Assembly (NCBI GenBank): GCA_038843675.1
Contig: JAWBRV010000004.1
Location: 20,442 to 84,441, forward strand
Origin: Candidatus Bathyarchaeia archaeon
GTDB lineage: Archaea; Thermoproteota; Bathyarchaeia; 40CM-2-53-6; CALIRQ01
Direction of reading: 5' to 3'
Length of the DNA stretch: 64,000 nt
Part shown: one piece after another, positions 18,946 to 29,130 of the stretch
How the letters are laid out: each line of letters opens with the position of its first letter
Numbering within the stretch: position 1 is the first letter of the stretch
Translations under genes and position numbers: made by a program
The notes under the pieces: model-generated
Databases searched by the model: none
Seen by the model: the letters and a program-made list of their open reading frames with translations, nothing else
What the model was told of the DNA's origin: nothing

Positions 18946-20274
18946 CTAAGCCTTCGGGCCGCTCCCGCGCCCCTCCCCCGCCTTGCCCAAGGCCCTCCTC
19001 AGGACCTCCTCCGCCTCCCTCCCGAGGATCAAATGCCTCCTCGGGTACGGGATCTCTATCCCGTTGGCATCGAACTCCTTCTTGATTTGGTAAAGGAGGT
19101 CCCTGGCCATCTTGAAGGCCGTTGGCTGATCCTTGGCCCTGCTCAGGAGCCTGAGGTTGATCCCCGATTCCCCGTAATCCATTACGACCACGCTCGGCAG
19201 ATCATCGGTTGGCATGCAATCCGGATGCCTGAGGGCCACTTGGCGCATTATCTCCATCGCCTTATCCAGATCCGACTCGTAGCTGATCTGGACGTATATC
19301 GGGACGAGCATCGTCGGATCCTCCGCGCTATAATTGGTTACGACCTCGGAGAGGAATAGGGAATTTGGAACTATGAGGCGCCTGTTATCCCAAGTGCGCA
19401 GGGTTGTGTGGATGAGTTTTATGTCTTCAACGAAGCAGAACTCGTTCCTGAAGGAGATCGCTTCCCCTATTCTGAAGGGCTGGGACGTTGCTATCACCAT
19501 GCCGGCTATTATGTTCGAGAGGCTCGTTTGGGCGGCTAGGCCGATGACTATGGATGCGAACCCGGCGGCGAGGAATATGGACGCTATCAAGCCCCCCATG
19601 GCCGGGAAGGCTGTGAAGGTCGCCGCCGCTATCCCCAAGATGGCGATGATCGCGAGCGCCAAGCGCCTTATGAAGGCGTAGGTAGTTTCGAGCCGCGGCT
19701 CCTTGGCGATGCGGGGGCGGAGGTGGAGCTTCATTATTGCGTTCAATATATGTACGGCCAAATAGGTGAGGAAAATGCCAGTTAGGAAATTTATCGTCGC
19801 CCAGAGGCCTTGGGGGATCGGGGGGAATAGCGAGGAGGATAGGATCGTATGGATCAGGGCCACTGCGCCCACCGCATATATGCCATATATCGGCATTTTG
19901 CTAGATGGATGGCCCTCCCGATAGAATGGGAATAAGCCTCTGAGCAAGGAAGCGGCCGCCTGAACGATGGAGATGATGATCGCTATGCGAACCAATATGG
20001 CCAAGTTGGCCGCGTTGAGGAAGGCGGGGAGCAGACCCGGGGAAAGGGCCTCCATGCGCTCGGCCGCTAGGAGCGCCCCGTAGCCCACCACGGTCACCGC
20101 GACGGGCCCTTCCATGATCGAGGAGAGAGCATCCTTTGCAAACCTCGGCAGGGCCGAACGTAGGATCAGCTTCTTGGATACGGCCCATATAATGAACGAG
20201 GCTGCTATTGAGGCCAATATTATGGATGCCGATGTCGTAAGTTCCCCGATCAAGGCCTCGGGACCCGATCCCAT
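18946..20274 (-). CDS. Mechanosensitive ion channel, MscS family
   Basis: Multiple TM helices plus the MscS beta-domain signature. Confidence 0.75.
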   Translation of the reverse strand: MGSGPEALIGELTTSASIILASIAASFIIWAVSKKLILRSALPRFAKDALSSIMEGPVAVTVVGYGALLAAERMEALSPGLLPAFLNAANLAILVRIAIIISIVQAAASLLRGLFPFYREGHPSSKMPIYGIYAVGAVALIHTILSSSLFPPIPQGLWATINFLTGIFLTYLAVHILNAIMKLHLRPRIAKEPRLETTYAFIRRLALAIIAILGIAAATFTAFPAMGGLIASIFLAAGFASIVIGLAAQTSLSNIIAGMVIATSQPFRIGEAISFRNEFCFVEDIKLIHTTLRTWDNRRLIVPNSLFLSEVVTNYSAEDPTMLVPIYVQISYESDLDKAMEIMRQVALRHPDCMPTDDLPSVVVMDYGESGINLRLLSRAKDQPTAFKMARDLLYQIKKEFDANGIEIPYPRRHLILGREAEEVLRRALGKAGEGRGSGPKA

Positions 20275-20385
20275 AGGGCCCGCGGCGCCCTAATAAACCT
20301 GAACGCTCTAGAAATCACATACTCAGAAAGGTAAAAATAATGTGGCTTTGGCCCAAGCAATGTCGAATCGGGCGCGGGATGAAGC

Positions 20386-21810
20386 TTGGATTGGGACTTG
20401 GTGGAATATTGCCTCAATTACGCAATGAATAAGGGGGCCGATTACGCCGAGGTTAGGGCCTTGGATAGGCGGGAGGAGGAGATAATCCTCAAGAACGGGG
20501 AGCTCGATGCCTACGCCATCTCCTTCGATAGCGGCTTCTCCGTTAGGATCCTCGCGGGCGGAGGCCTCGGGTTCGCCTCCTCAAACCGTTGGACGAGGGA
20601 GGAGGCCAAGGAGGTCGTTGAGGAGGCGCATCGGCTCGCCAAGGCCTCAGGGCGGATGGGCCGCATCGAGTTCGCGGAGGAGGAAGCGGCCGAGGCGGAA
20701 TGGGGCGTCGGGCAAAGGAAGAGGATAGAGGATGTCCATCCGGAGGAGAAGATAGCCGCCCTCTTGGAGGTCGATAAGGAATTGACTTCCCAAGGGATCA
20801 AGGTGATCTCGAGGGCGCTCATTTGCGCAACCGAGCTCCTGGAGGGATATTTCGCGAACTCGGAGGGATCCAAAATTCGCTCCTTCGTCCCAAGGGTCAG
20901 CTTCGTGGCGAGCGGGATAACGGTCTTTGAATCGGGCAGGACGGAGCAGATACCATTCAAGGAATATGGCCAAAGCGGCGGTTGGGAGGTCCTAGAGAGC
21001 TGGGGCCTCGGGGCGGATCTGGCTAGGGAGATAAGGGCCCTTAAGCGCTTAATAGAGGAGGGGAGGGCGATGCGACCCGGGAGGATGGACGTGGTCTGCG
21101 GGCCGGAGGTGGTCGGGATCGCATGCCACGAATCCTGCGGCCATCCGATGGAGGCCGATAGGATCTTGGGGAGGGAGATGAGTCAAGCCGGGAGGTCATT
21201 CATCCATGACAGTAGCCCCTTCTGGATTGGCTCGAGGATCGGTAGCGAGCTCGTAACGATCGTCGACGATCCAACCATGGAGAACAGCTATGGGTATTAC
21301 CTTTACGATGATGAGGGGGTGAGGGCGAGGAGGCGATACCTATATAAAAACGGCGTCATAAACGAGTTCCTCCATAACCGAGAAACGGCCGCCAAGCTCG
21401 GCGCGAGGAGCAATGGCTCAGCCCGCTCGATGAACTACGATAGGGAGCCGATAGTGAGGATGGCTAATACCTATCTCCTGCCCGGCGATATGTCGGAGGA
21501 AGAGATCTTCGAGGACATTAAGCGCGGCGTATACATCCGCTCCTTCAGCGAATGGAACATCGACGACACTAGATTTAATCAGCGCTACGTCGGGAGGGAG
21601 GCCTATTTGATAGAGAGGGGGGAGCTCGGGACCCCGGTGGCGAGGCCGATCATAGAGGCTACGACCCAAAGCTTCTGGATGGCCGTCGACGCCGTCTCAA
21701 GGAATGTGGAATTCCAAGCGGCGACGTGCGGGAAGGGGGATCCTATGCAAGGGGCCCCGGTCTTCCACGGCGGCCCCATGATAAGGTTGAGGGGGATCCG
21801 CGTGGGATGA
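20386..21810 (+). CDS. tldD: TldD-family metalloprotease (TTG start)
   Basis: HExxxH (CHESCGHP) and GGG motifs. Confidence 0.75.
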   Translation: MDWDLVEYCLNYAMNKGADYAEVRALDRREEEIILKNGELDAYAISFDSGFSVRILAGGGLGFASSNRWTREEAKEVVEEAHRLAKASGRMGRIEFAEEEAAEAEWGVGQRKRIEDVHPEEKIAALLEVDKELTSQGIKVISRALICATELLEGYFANSEGSKIRSFVPRVSFVASGITVFESGRTEQIPFKEYGQSGGWEVLESWGLGADLAREIRALKRLIEEGRAMRPGRMDVVCGPEVVGIACHESCGHPMEADRILGREMSQAGRSFIHDSSPFWIGSRIGSELVTIVDDPTMENSYGYYLYDDEGVRARRRYLYKNGVINEFLHNRETAAKLGARSNGSARSMNYDREPIVRMANTYLLPGDMSEEEIFEDIKRGVYIRSFSEWNIDDTRFNQRYVGREAYLIERGELGTPVARPIIEATTQSFWMAVDAVSRNVEFQAATCGKGDPMQGAPVFHGGPMIRLRGIRVG

Positions 21811-23135
21811 TGGAGGAAATCGTCGCCAAGACCGAGGCGATAGTTAGGGAGGCCAAGGCCTTGGGCGCGGATGAGGCTATAGCCAATACGGTCGTCGGGA
21901 GCTATCGCCAAATCAGATTCAGCAACGATCGGATCGACATAGGCCTCTCCTGGAGGGATTATTCCACCAGCATCATGATCGCTTGGAGGAAGCGGGTGGT
22001 CCTCACGGAGATAAAGGACTTCCGGGATGCCTCCGGGGCCGTTAAGCGATTGATGAGCTTGGCGAGGATATCCAAGGAGAACGCGGCCTACGGCGGCGTG
22101 GCCCGAGGGAGGTTCGAGTACGCCAAGCCGATGGCCGATGGGGCGATAGAGCATCTAGAGGACCCATCTGGGTATATAGAGGAGGCGATATGCGCAGCGA
22201 AGAGGGAGGCGGGGGAGGGGGCCGAGACGGGCGGGATTTTGTTCACGAAATACGAGCGCGCCTTCCTTTCCTCCTCCGAGGGGCCAGAGGGATGGGATGA
22301 GAGATCCGCGATCGAGCTTTCGATAAGGGCGTTTTCGCAAAGGGACGCATCCGGCCACGGCGTGGAATGCAGCAATTCGCTCAAGGACTTCGAACCCGGG
22401 AGGGCTGGCGGGAAGGCGGGGGAGATCGCCAAGATGGCCGTTAACCCCAAGGCCGGCAAGGCTGGGAGATACGACGTGGTCCTCGATCCATTGTTCTTCG
22501 GATCCCTTATGGCCGTATATGGCTCGATGGGCTCGGCATTTTACGCGATGACCCGCATGTCCATCTTCGCCGATAAGCTCGGGGCAAGGGTCGCGCCGGA
22601 GATAGTCACCATAAGGGACGATCCTAGGACCTGTTCCGTGAATTGCAGGGCCTTCGACGACGAAGGCGCGCCCGTTAAGGAAACGATATTCATAGACCGG
22701 GGCATTCTCAGGACCTTCTTCCACAATACCTCCACCGCCCGCGCCTTCAGGACGGAGACGACGGGCCATGCGGGGATAATCGTCCCGATGCCGTGGAACC
22801 TATCGATGGATCCGGGGGATCTCGGGAGGGATGAGATGTTGAGCGAATTGAGGAGGGGCCTCTATTTGACCAATACTTGGTATACGAGGTTCCACAACTA
22901 CGCCACCGGGGATTTCTCAACGATCCCGAGGGATGGGATATTCCTCGTGGAGGATGGCGAGGTGAAGGAGTCTTGGAAGGGGATCAGGGTGAGCGATAAC
23001 GCGCTGAGGATCCTATCGAGCATATCGGCCATATCCAAGGAGAGGCAACGGGTCCATTGGTGGCTCGAGGCGGATCCCCCATCCCTCTCCCCTTTCGTCC
23101 TGATCGAGGGGGTCCGGATAACGAGGCCGGATTGA
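21807..23135 (+). CDS. pmbA: PmbA/TldE-family protein
   Basis: TldD/PmbA fold paralogue; ATGA overlap with the tldD stop. Confidence 0.7.
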   Translation: MMEEIVAKTEAIVREAKALGADEAIANTVVGSYRQIRFSNDRIDIGLSWRDYSTSIMIAWRKRVVLTEIKDFRDASGAVKRLMSLARISKENAAYGGVARGRFEYAKPMADGAIEHLEDPSGYIEEAICAAKREAGEGAETGGILFTKYERAFLSSSEGPEGWDERSAIELSIRAFSQRDASGHGVECSNSLKDFEPGRAGGKAGEIAKMAVNPKAGKAGRYDVVLDPLFFGSLMAVYGSMGSAFYAMTRMSIFADKLGARVAPEIVTIRDDPRTCSVNCRAFDDEGAPVKETIFIDRGILRTFFHNTSTARAFRTETTGHAGIIVPMPWNLSMDPGDLGRDEMLSELRRGLYLTNTWYTRFHNYATGDFSTIPRDGIFLVEDGEVKESWKGIRVSDNALRILSSISAISKERQRVHWWLEADPPSLSPFVLIEGVRITRPD

Positions 23136-23157
23136 TCGCTCTATAGTCCAAGCGCCC

Positions 23158-23493
23158 TCAGGCGTATTTCGCCGCGATGCCAATCACTCCTCCGAGGAGC
23201 GCCAAAAGGCCCCCAATTCCCCCGGCTATGGCCCCGATTATTATCAGGACGATGCCCCACGCCGGATCGGGCAACCTCTTGGCCCCGATCAGGGCCACCA
23301 CACCGCAGATCAGGGCGATTATGGCCCTATGGGATACTTGGATGCTCATCAATAGGGGGGCGGTCCACATGGGATGGCCGAAATACCAAATGGCCCCTCC
23401 GATCAGCTCCAAGGCGCCGAAGATCGCCAGCAGGATGCCCCCGATGATGGAGAGGACGCGCGATACCTCCTTAAGGCTTTCCTTTAATCCCAA
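23158..23493 (-). CDS. Small membrane protein
   Basis: 111 aa with 3-4 predicted TM helices rich in G, I, A and L. Confidence 0.45.
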   Translation of the reverse strand: MGLKESLKEVSRVLSIIGGILLAIFGALELIGGAIWYFGHPMWTAPLLMSIQVSHRAIIALICGVVALIGAKRLPDPAWGIVLIIIGAIAGGIGGLLALLGGVIGIAAKYA

Positions 23494-23542
23494 ATGCTTC
23501 CCCGAGTGGCAAGGGGCCTCGCGGAATTAAAATTTTTCCGAT

Positions 23543-23986
23543 TTAGAGCAACCTGAAGTCCTCTTTCACGGTTGTCAATATGACATGCGTATTGGTCCTT
23601 TCCACGAAGGGCAGCGCTAAGAGGCCCTTGGTGAACTTGCTCAAGTCCTCCCTCTTCTTGAACTTGGCGATGACTATTGCGTCGACGTCGCCCGTCACAT
23701 CATAAACGGCGCAGGCGTTCGGGAGCTTCGCCACCTCCCTTTCGACCTCGAGCAATTTGCCCCTTGAAACCGTTAGCTCCGTTATGGCCGTCAATTGATA
23801 GCCCAACTTCTCATGGTCCAAGATGGCCGTATAGCCCTTTATCACCCCCTCCTTCTCCATCCTCCTGACCCTCGATAGGACCGTCCCGACGGAGCTCCCG
23901 ACCCTCTTGGCTATTTGCCTAAAGGAGAGCCTGGAATCCCTCAGGAGCTCGGCCAATATCTTCAAATCCAGATCGTCAAATTCCAT
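23543..23986 (-). CDS. lrp: Lrp/AsnC-family transcriptional regulator
   Basis: HTH (LSFRQIAKRVGSSVGTV) plus a RAM domain. Confidence 0.8.
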   Translation of the reverse strand: MEFDDLDLKILAELLRDSRLSFRQIAKRVGSSVGTVLSRVRRMEKEGVIKGYTAILDHEKLGYQLTAITELTVSRGKLLEVEREVAKLPNACAVYDVTGDVDAIVIAKFKKREDLSKFTKGLLALPFVERTNTHVILTTVKEDFRLL

Positions 23987-24071
23987 ATGTCCAAGCTTCC
24001 CCCTATTCGTTTAACGAATGTATCGCGCATATTTAAATAATGGGCCAGATCGGAGGAGTGGGCGAACGGGA

Positions 24072-25049
24072 TCAGGGCAACGGGGGCGGCATCAGCCTCC
24101 TCTCCTCCGGACTCAGCCCCGCCCATTTGAGGAACTCCTCTGAGGGCCTCATGGTTCGATAGAGCTCCCGCCTCCTGCACTCCAATAGATTCCTCCCCTC
24201 CCCTATCAACTCGTTGGCCGTCATCACCACGTTCCCATTCGAGGCCGCGGCCTCGAGCGCGGGCCTCAAGCGCCCCTCCCAACCCCCATCCCTAAGGAGG
24301 TGGTGGTCGACCACAACCCTCGGCACCCTCCCGCAGATCGTCGCCAAGTTCCTCAGGCCCCTCTCGATCGAGGCCTCCCCCACGCCATACCCTGCCAAAT
24401 AAGTCGGCGGCCCCCCTATTATGAGGAGATCCGGGGCCTCCGATAGGATCGCCTCCATCGTGGAATCCGAAGATGGCCCTTGGACATCGGAGGCGAACAT
24501 GAGCTTCTGCGTATCGTATTCCACAGTGGCCATTAGGACCCATCCCAGCCGCCCCCCCTCCTCCCCATGCGGGACTGGCTTGGAGAACCTCAGGCGGGTG
24601 GAACCGAACTCGAAGGTCCTCCCATCAGCCACCTCCACCCTTTCGGCCACATCCTCTACGAACCCATGGAAGAGCCAGCCGCGCCTCCTCTGGCTGAAGT
24701 TTATCGAGTTCCTGAAGTCCTTGAGGTATACCTCCTTTCCCTCATATATCCGCTTGGATTCGTCCTCAGAGCTCCAAAGCCAAACGAAATCCGTGAAGTT
24801 GGGCGTGTAATGATCATGGTGATAATGGGATACGGTGATTATTTGGGCCCTCCTCGAAAATTCCCTTATCCTCTCCCTGCTGCGGCTGAGGGCCTCGTAC
24901 TCCAGCGGATGCGGCAACAGCGATTGCCTCGGCCCCAGCGCTGCCCCGGCGTCGATCAATATCCCCACATCCGGCGTTTCGACGAAGGTGCACATGGACC
25001 TGACCCCGAGGCTTTCGAAGGCTATGGGGAGCGCCCTTATCCCATCCAT
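24072..25049 (-). CDS. MBL-fold metallo-hydrolase
   Basis: HYHHDH motif. Likely start MDGIRALP with TATA TTTAAATTTTTATTT upstream (25066-25085). Confidence 0.65.
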   Translation of the reverse strand: MDGIRALPIAFESLGVRSMCTFVETPDVGILIDAGAALGPRQSLLPHPLEYEALSRSRERIREFSRRAQIITVSHYHHDHYTPNFTDFVWLWSSEDESKRIYEGKEVYLKDFRNSINFSQRRRGWLFHGFVEDVAERVEVADGRTFEFGSTRLRFSKPVPHGEEGGRLGWVLMATVEYDTQKLMFASDVQGPSSDSTMEAILSEAPDLLIIGGPPTYLAGYGVGEASIERGLRNLATICGRVPRVVVDHHLLRDGGWEGRLRPALEAAASNGNVVMTANELIGEGRNLLECRRRELYRTMRPSEEFLKWAGLSPEERRLMPPPLP

Positions 25050-25426
25050 CCCAAGGGATCTGGCCCAGGTTCGCTTTAAATTTTTATTTCGGCGCAACGA
25101 ACGATCATGAAGGTGGGCGATGACGAGTCTGGCCAGAATGAGCGCGGATGATTGGGATCTTGAGTGCGCAGGAGCTCACCCCAGATGAGGGCGGGCAAGG
25201 CGCCGCGTCCACGCCCCGCTCCTTAAAAATTCAGCCTCCCACCCGAAATGGGCCCATTTTAATCATTTTGGCCGAGATTTGATTCATTTGATTTCATTCA
25301 AGATTTCAAGATGGCCCTTTTCCGACCCTCCTCCATATGGGGGGCTACGGCGTTATAAAATTCAAGCGACGGGCAAGGGGACAATCCAAATTGCCGCCCA
25401 GCCCTCATTAACGCCCTTATTATTTA

Positions 25427-25500
25427 TTCCGAAAGGAATCATTAACACAGTATTATATTAATATTGGAATGAATGCCTTAACCAAGTTATTTGGGAGGTG
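25427..25500 (+). promoter_or_regulatory. Conserved leader element upstream of the thrC-like gene (box A and box B)
   Basis: Box A is near-identical at 28081-28104 and box B similar at 28103-28120, just upstream of the cysM-like gene. Confidence 0.45.
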
Positions 25501-25519
25501 ATGAGGGCTCATATCGGGT

Positions 25520-26743
25520 TTGAGGTGTAGGGAATGCGGATCGGAACATGAGCCGGCGAGGCTATCGGTCTGCCCGGATTGCCTCGGGCCCCTCGACGCT
25601 TTCTACGATTATGGGGGAGTGGATTGGAGCGAGACCTCATTATCGCGGAGGCCGAGGAGCCTTTGGAGATATCGCGAGCTATTGCCATTGCTGGACTACA
25701 GGAGGGCCGTGGACTTGGGCGCGGGCTTGACGCCTTTGCGGAGGGCCGATCGATTGGCGAGGGCCTTGGGCTTGAGGGAGGTATATCTAAAGGACGATAC
25801 GGTCAACCCGACTTATTCCTTCAAGGATCGGCCCGCATCGGTGGCCGTTTCCAAGGCCTTGGAGCTCGGGTACGGGGTCGTGGGCTGCGCCTCGACGGGC
25901 AATCTGGCGGCCGCCACGGCCGCCCACGCGGCCAAGGCGGGCCTCCCTTGCTACGTATTCATCCCCAAGGGCATAGAGGGGACCAAGATATCCCAGGCCA
26001 TAGCCTATGGCGCTAGAATCGTCCGCGTGAACGGGACCTACGACGAGGCGAACGCGGTGGCCTCGAGGGCCGCCGAGCGCTTCGGGTGGGCCCTCGTGAA
26101 CATAAACATAAGGCCTTACTATGTGGAGGGATCGAAGAGCTTGGCCTTCGAGGTATGCGAACAGCTCGGATGGGAGGCGCCGGATCACGTAATCGTCCCG
26201 ATCGGGAGCGGGGCCCTATTGAACGCCATAGCCAAGGGCTTCGGGGAGCTCAGGGATCTCGGCTTCATCGAGGGCCGCGGGCCCAAGATCTCGGGCGCCC
26301 AAGGCTTGGGCTGCTCACCGGTCGTCGATGCTTTCAAATCCGGGAGGGATTCCATCGAACCGGTTGAGGCCCCGAGCACCATAGCCAAGAGCCTCGCGAT
26401 AGGGGATCCGGGGGATGGCGTTTATGCCCTTCGCAGGATAAGGGAATCCGGGGGGTTCGCCGAAGCGCCATCCGATTCGGAGATAACCGAGGCCATAAGG
26501 CTTCTTGGGAGGACCGAGGGCCTCTTCACCGAGCCGGCCGGCGCGGTCACGGTGGCGGCTCTCAAGAGGCTTGTTTCCTCCGGGGCCATAGAAGGGGACG
26601 AGAGGGTCGTTTGCTATATCACCGGGAACGGGCTCAAGGCGCCGGAGGCGGTCGCGTCCTCGGAGGCCGACATCCTCGACATAAGCCCGGCCCTCGAGGG
26701 TCCTTGGGCCGAGGCCTTGGAGGTGGGAGCTTGGCGATCGTGA
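25520..26743 (+). CDS. Threonine-synthase-like PLP enzyme with N-terminal zinc ribbon (candidate O-phosphohomoserine-dependent homocysteine synthase, MetM-like)
   Basis: CRECG…CPDC ribbon and PLP-lysine motif SFKDR. TTG start. Confidence 0.7.
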   Translation: MRCRECGSEHEPARLSVCPDCLGPLDAFYDYGGVDWSETSLSRRPRSLWRYRELLPLLDYRRAVDLGAGLTPLRRADRLARALGLREVYLKDDTVNPTYSFKDRPASVAVSKALELGYGVVGCASTGNLAAATAAHAAKAGLPCYVFIPKGIEGTKISQAIAYGARIVRVNGTYDEANAVASRAAERFGWALVNINIRPYYVEGSKSLAFEVCEQLGWEAPDHVIVPIGSGALLNAIAKGFGELRDLGFIEGRGPKISGAQGLGCSPVVDAFKSGRDSIEPVEAPSTIAKSLAIGDPGDGVYALRRIRESGGFAEAPSDSEITEAIRLLGRTEGLFTEPAGAVTVAALKRLVSSGAIEGDERVVCYITGNGLKAPEAVASSEADILDISPALEGPWAEALEVGAWRS

Positions 26744-27012
26744 AGATCCTCTTTCCCCTGGCCCTTCAGAGGTTCACGGGCGGCAGGGGCGAGGTGCAGC
26801 TGGAGGCCTCAACCTTGCGGGAGGCCTTGGAGAAGCTGGCCGAGGAATTCGGAGATGACCTCGGGAAGAGGCTCTTCGATCCCAATGGCAACGCGAACCG
26901 CCTGCTGAACTTCTACATAAACGGCAGGAACGCCAAGTTCTCGGGCCTTTTGGAGGCAAGGCTTAGGGATGGCGATACGATCGCCATATTCCCAGCCGTG
27001 AGCGGGGGATGA
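26740..27012 (+). CDS. MoaD/ThiS-family sulfur-carrier protein (C-terminal Gly-Gly)
   Basis: 90 aa ending …AIFPAVSGG*. GTG start overlaps the thrC stop (GTGA). Confidence 0.7.
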   Translation: MKILFPLALQRFTGGRGEVQLEASTLREALEKLAEEFGDDLGKRLFDPNGNANRLLNFYINGRNAKFSGLLEARLRDGDTIAIFPAVSGG

Positions 27013-27016
27013 ACGG

Positions 27017-28099
27017 ATGGCGCCGTTCGATGCTGAGAGGTATTCGAGGCAGGTGGCCCTGAGGCTCATAGGCCCAAGAGGGCAGAGGAGGATAAGGGAG
27101 GGGAGGGTCGCGATCGCCGGCATCGGCGGCTTGGGCTCCATATCCGCCATCCAATTGGCCTCCATGGGGGTCGGTTACCTGCGCTTGGTCGATCACGACT
27201 TCGTGGAGCTCTCGAACCTCCAGAGGCAACCGCTCTATGATACCTACTCGCTTGGGGAGCCGAAGGTGGAGGTGGCCGAGAGGAGGCTGAGGGCCCTCAA
27301 CCCCGACGTCGAGATAGAGGCCCTGCCGCTGACGATATCCCGAGGCACGGCCGAGGAGGTGGTGAGGGATGTGGACGTAGTGGTCGATGGGCTCGATCGC
27401 CTCCTCCCAAGGTACGCCATAAACGAGGCGTGCAATGGGCTGGGCATCCCCTACGTATTCGGGAGCGCCATAGAGGCGCATGGCTCCGTGAGCACGATCG
27501 TGCCGGGCGAAACCGCTTGCTTGGGTTGCATCTTCGGCCCCGGCTCCGATGCCGATGAGGGATTGCCGACCTGCGATGCCGTTGGGGTCCTCCCGCCGAT
27601 ATTGAGCGCGGTGGCCAGCCTCCAAGTCAGGGAGGCCCTGTCCATCCTATTGGGCGAGAAGCCGAGCCTCGCTGGGAAGTTGCTCTTCTTGGACATCAGC
27701 GGCCCAGTGGATTTGAGGATCTTGGATGTGGAGCGATCCCCGAATTGTCCCCTATGCGGCAGCGCTCGCCGAACCGAGCCCAAAGGGCCTAGGCTGACGA
27801 GGCTCTGCGGCGGGGGCTTCATGATCGAGCCCGAGGGCAGGATCGAGCTGGATTTGGCGAGCGCGGCCCGTATCTTGGGGGATAGTTTTCGGATCAGGAT
27901 AGGTGCAAAATACGGCATTGTGCTCGAGGGCGATGGGGGAATCTCGATAAGCCTCACCAAGACCGGCAGCGCCCTCGTGAGGGGCGCGAGCGATGAGGCC
28001 GATGCCCTCAGGGCCTATGAGGAGCTGATGGTCTTGATCCGAGAGGGCGGCAAGAGGGCGGGACCCGGGGAATATCGATATTCCGAAAGGGATCATTAA
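27017..28099 (+). CDS. E1-like ThiF/MoeB/HesA-family adenylyltransferase with about 90-aa C-terminal extension
   Basis: GxGxxG (AGIGGLGS) and CxxC…CxxC zinc motif. Confidence 0.75.
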   Translation: MAPFDAERYSRQVALRLIGPRGQRRIREGRVAIAGIGGLGSISAIQLASMGVGYLRLVDHDFVELSNLQRQPLYDTYSLGEPKVEVAERRLRALNPDVEIEALPLTISRGTAEEVVRDVDVVVDGLDRLLPRYAINEACNGLGIPYVFGSAIEAHGSVSTIVPGETACLGCIFGPGSDADEGLPTCDAVGVLPPILSAVASLQVREALSILLGEKPSLAGKLLFLDISGPVDLRILDVERSPNCPLCGSARRTEPKGPRLTRLCGGGFMIEPEGRIELDLASAARILGDSFRIRIGAKYGIVLEGDGGISISLTKTGSALVRGASDEADALRAYEELMVLIREGGKRAGPGEYRYSERDH

Positions 28100-28120
28100 C
28101 AAAGTTATTTGGAGATGGTG
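28081..28120 (+). promoter_or_regulatory. Second copy of box A and box B with TATA-like AAGTTATTT
   Basis: ttccgaaagggatcattaacaaagttatttggagatggtg. Box A overlaps the last E1 codons (YSERDH*); ATG 28129 is about 20 nt downstream. Confidence 0.45.
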
Positions 28121-28128
28121 GATCGCGA

Positions 28129-29055
28129 ATGGGCGGGATCGTTGCCAAGGACATAACGGGACTGATAGGCAATACCCCAATGGTCCGCATCAACAAGCTG
28201 ACCGGCCGGGACGATGCGACGATATACGCCAAGCTGGAATGGTATAACATAGGTGGATCTGTGAAGGACAGGATGGCCCTATCCCTGATAGAGTATGCCG
28301 AGGCGGCCGGAAGGCTGGATAAGGGCAAGGCCATACTCGAGGCCACCTCTGGGAACACGGGCATAGCCTTGGCGATGATAGGGGCCGTCAAGGGATATAA
28401 GGTGATCATAGTCATGCCGGAGTCTGTTAGCGTCGAGAGGAGGTGCCTCATAAGCGCCTATGGGGCGGAGCTCATCCTATCGCCAGCCGAGAAGGGGACC
28501 GCCGGGGCCATAGAGCTCAAGCAGAGGCTCCTCAGGGAGGGGGGCGATCGTTACATCGACTTGGATCAGTTCAAGGACCCGGCCAATATACTGGCCCATT
28601 ACAAAACCACCGGCAAGGAGATATTGGAGCAAACGGGCGGGAGGCTCGACGCGATAGTGGTCGGGATCGGCACCGCTGGGACCGGCGTGGGCGTTTCCAT
28701 GCGGGTCAAGGGACATGACCCGGCCATCCGGATCATAGGGGTGACTCCCAAGCTCGGCGTCAGCATACAAGGGTTGAGGAACCCCGCCGAGCCCTATCCG
28801 ACACAGCTCTTCAGGAGGGAGCACTTCGATGAAATAGTGGAGATCTCCCAAGAGGAGGTCCCGAAGACCTTCGAGGTCGCTAGGGAGGTGGCTCGAAAGG
28901 AAGGGCTATTGATCGGGATGAGCTCCGCGGCGATAATGTACGTAGCTCTGAGGAAGGCGAGGGAGCTCGGCAAGGGGAAGGTCATAGTGGCGGTCCTCCC
29001 GGACGATGGGCTGAAATATCTGAGCACCCCGCTCTTCGGCTGGCCGCGATGTTGA
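28129..29055 (+). CDS. cysM: Cysteine synthase family PLP enzyme (CysM/CysK-like; candidate O-phosphoserine and thiocarboxylate dependent)
   Basis: PLP-lysine motif GGSVKDR plus TSGNTGIALA. Confidence 0.75.
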   Translation: MGGIVAKDITGLIGNTPMVRINKLTGRDDATIYAKLEWYNIGGSVKDRMALSLIEYAEAAGRLDKGKAILEATSGNTGIALAMIGAVKGYKVIIVMPESVSVERRCLISAYGAELILSPAEKGTAGAIELKQRLLREGGDRYIDLDQFKDPANILAHYKTTGKEILEQTGGRLDAIVVGIGTAGTGVGVSMRVKGHDPAIRIIGVTPKLGVSIQGLRNPAEPYPTQLFRREHFDEIVEISQEEVPKTFEVAREVARKEGLLIGMSSAAIMYVALRKARELGKGKVIVAVLPDDGLKYLSTPLFGWPRC

Positions 29056-29130
29056 CAGCCCCGCCCAAGCGACCATCACCGCTTCGATGAGGAATATTGA
29101 TATATCCATTCTCGTAATGGCCCCTTGTGA

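Noticed and set aside
25279-25461. 60-aa ORF in the thrC-like leader
   Set aside because: It lies over the tandem repeats and box A; more likely regulatory DNA than coding.
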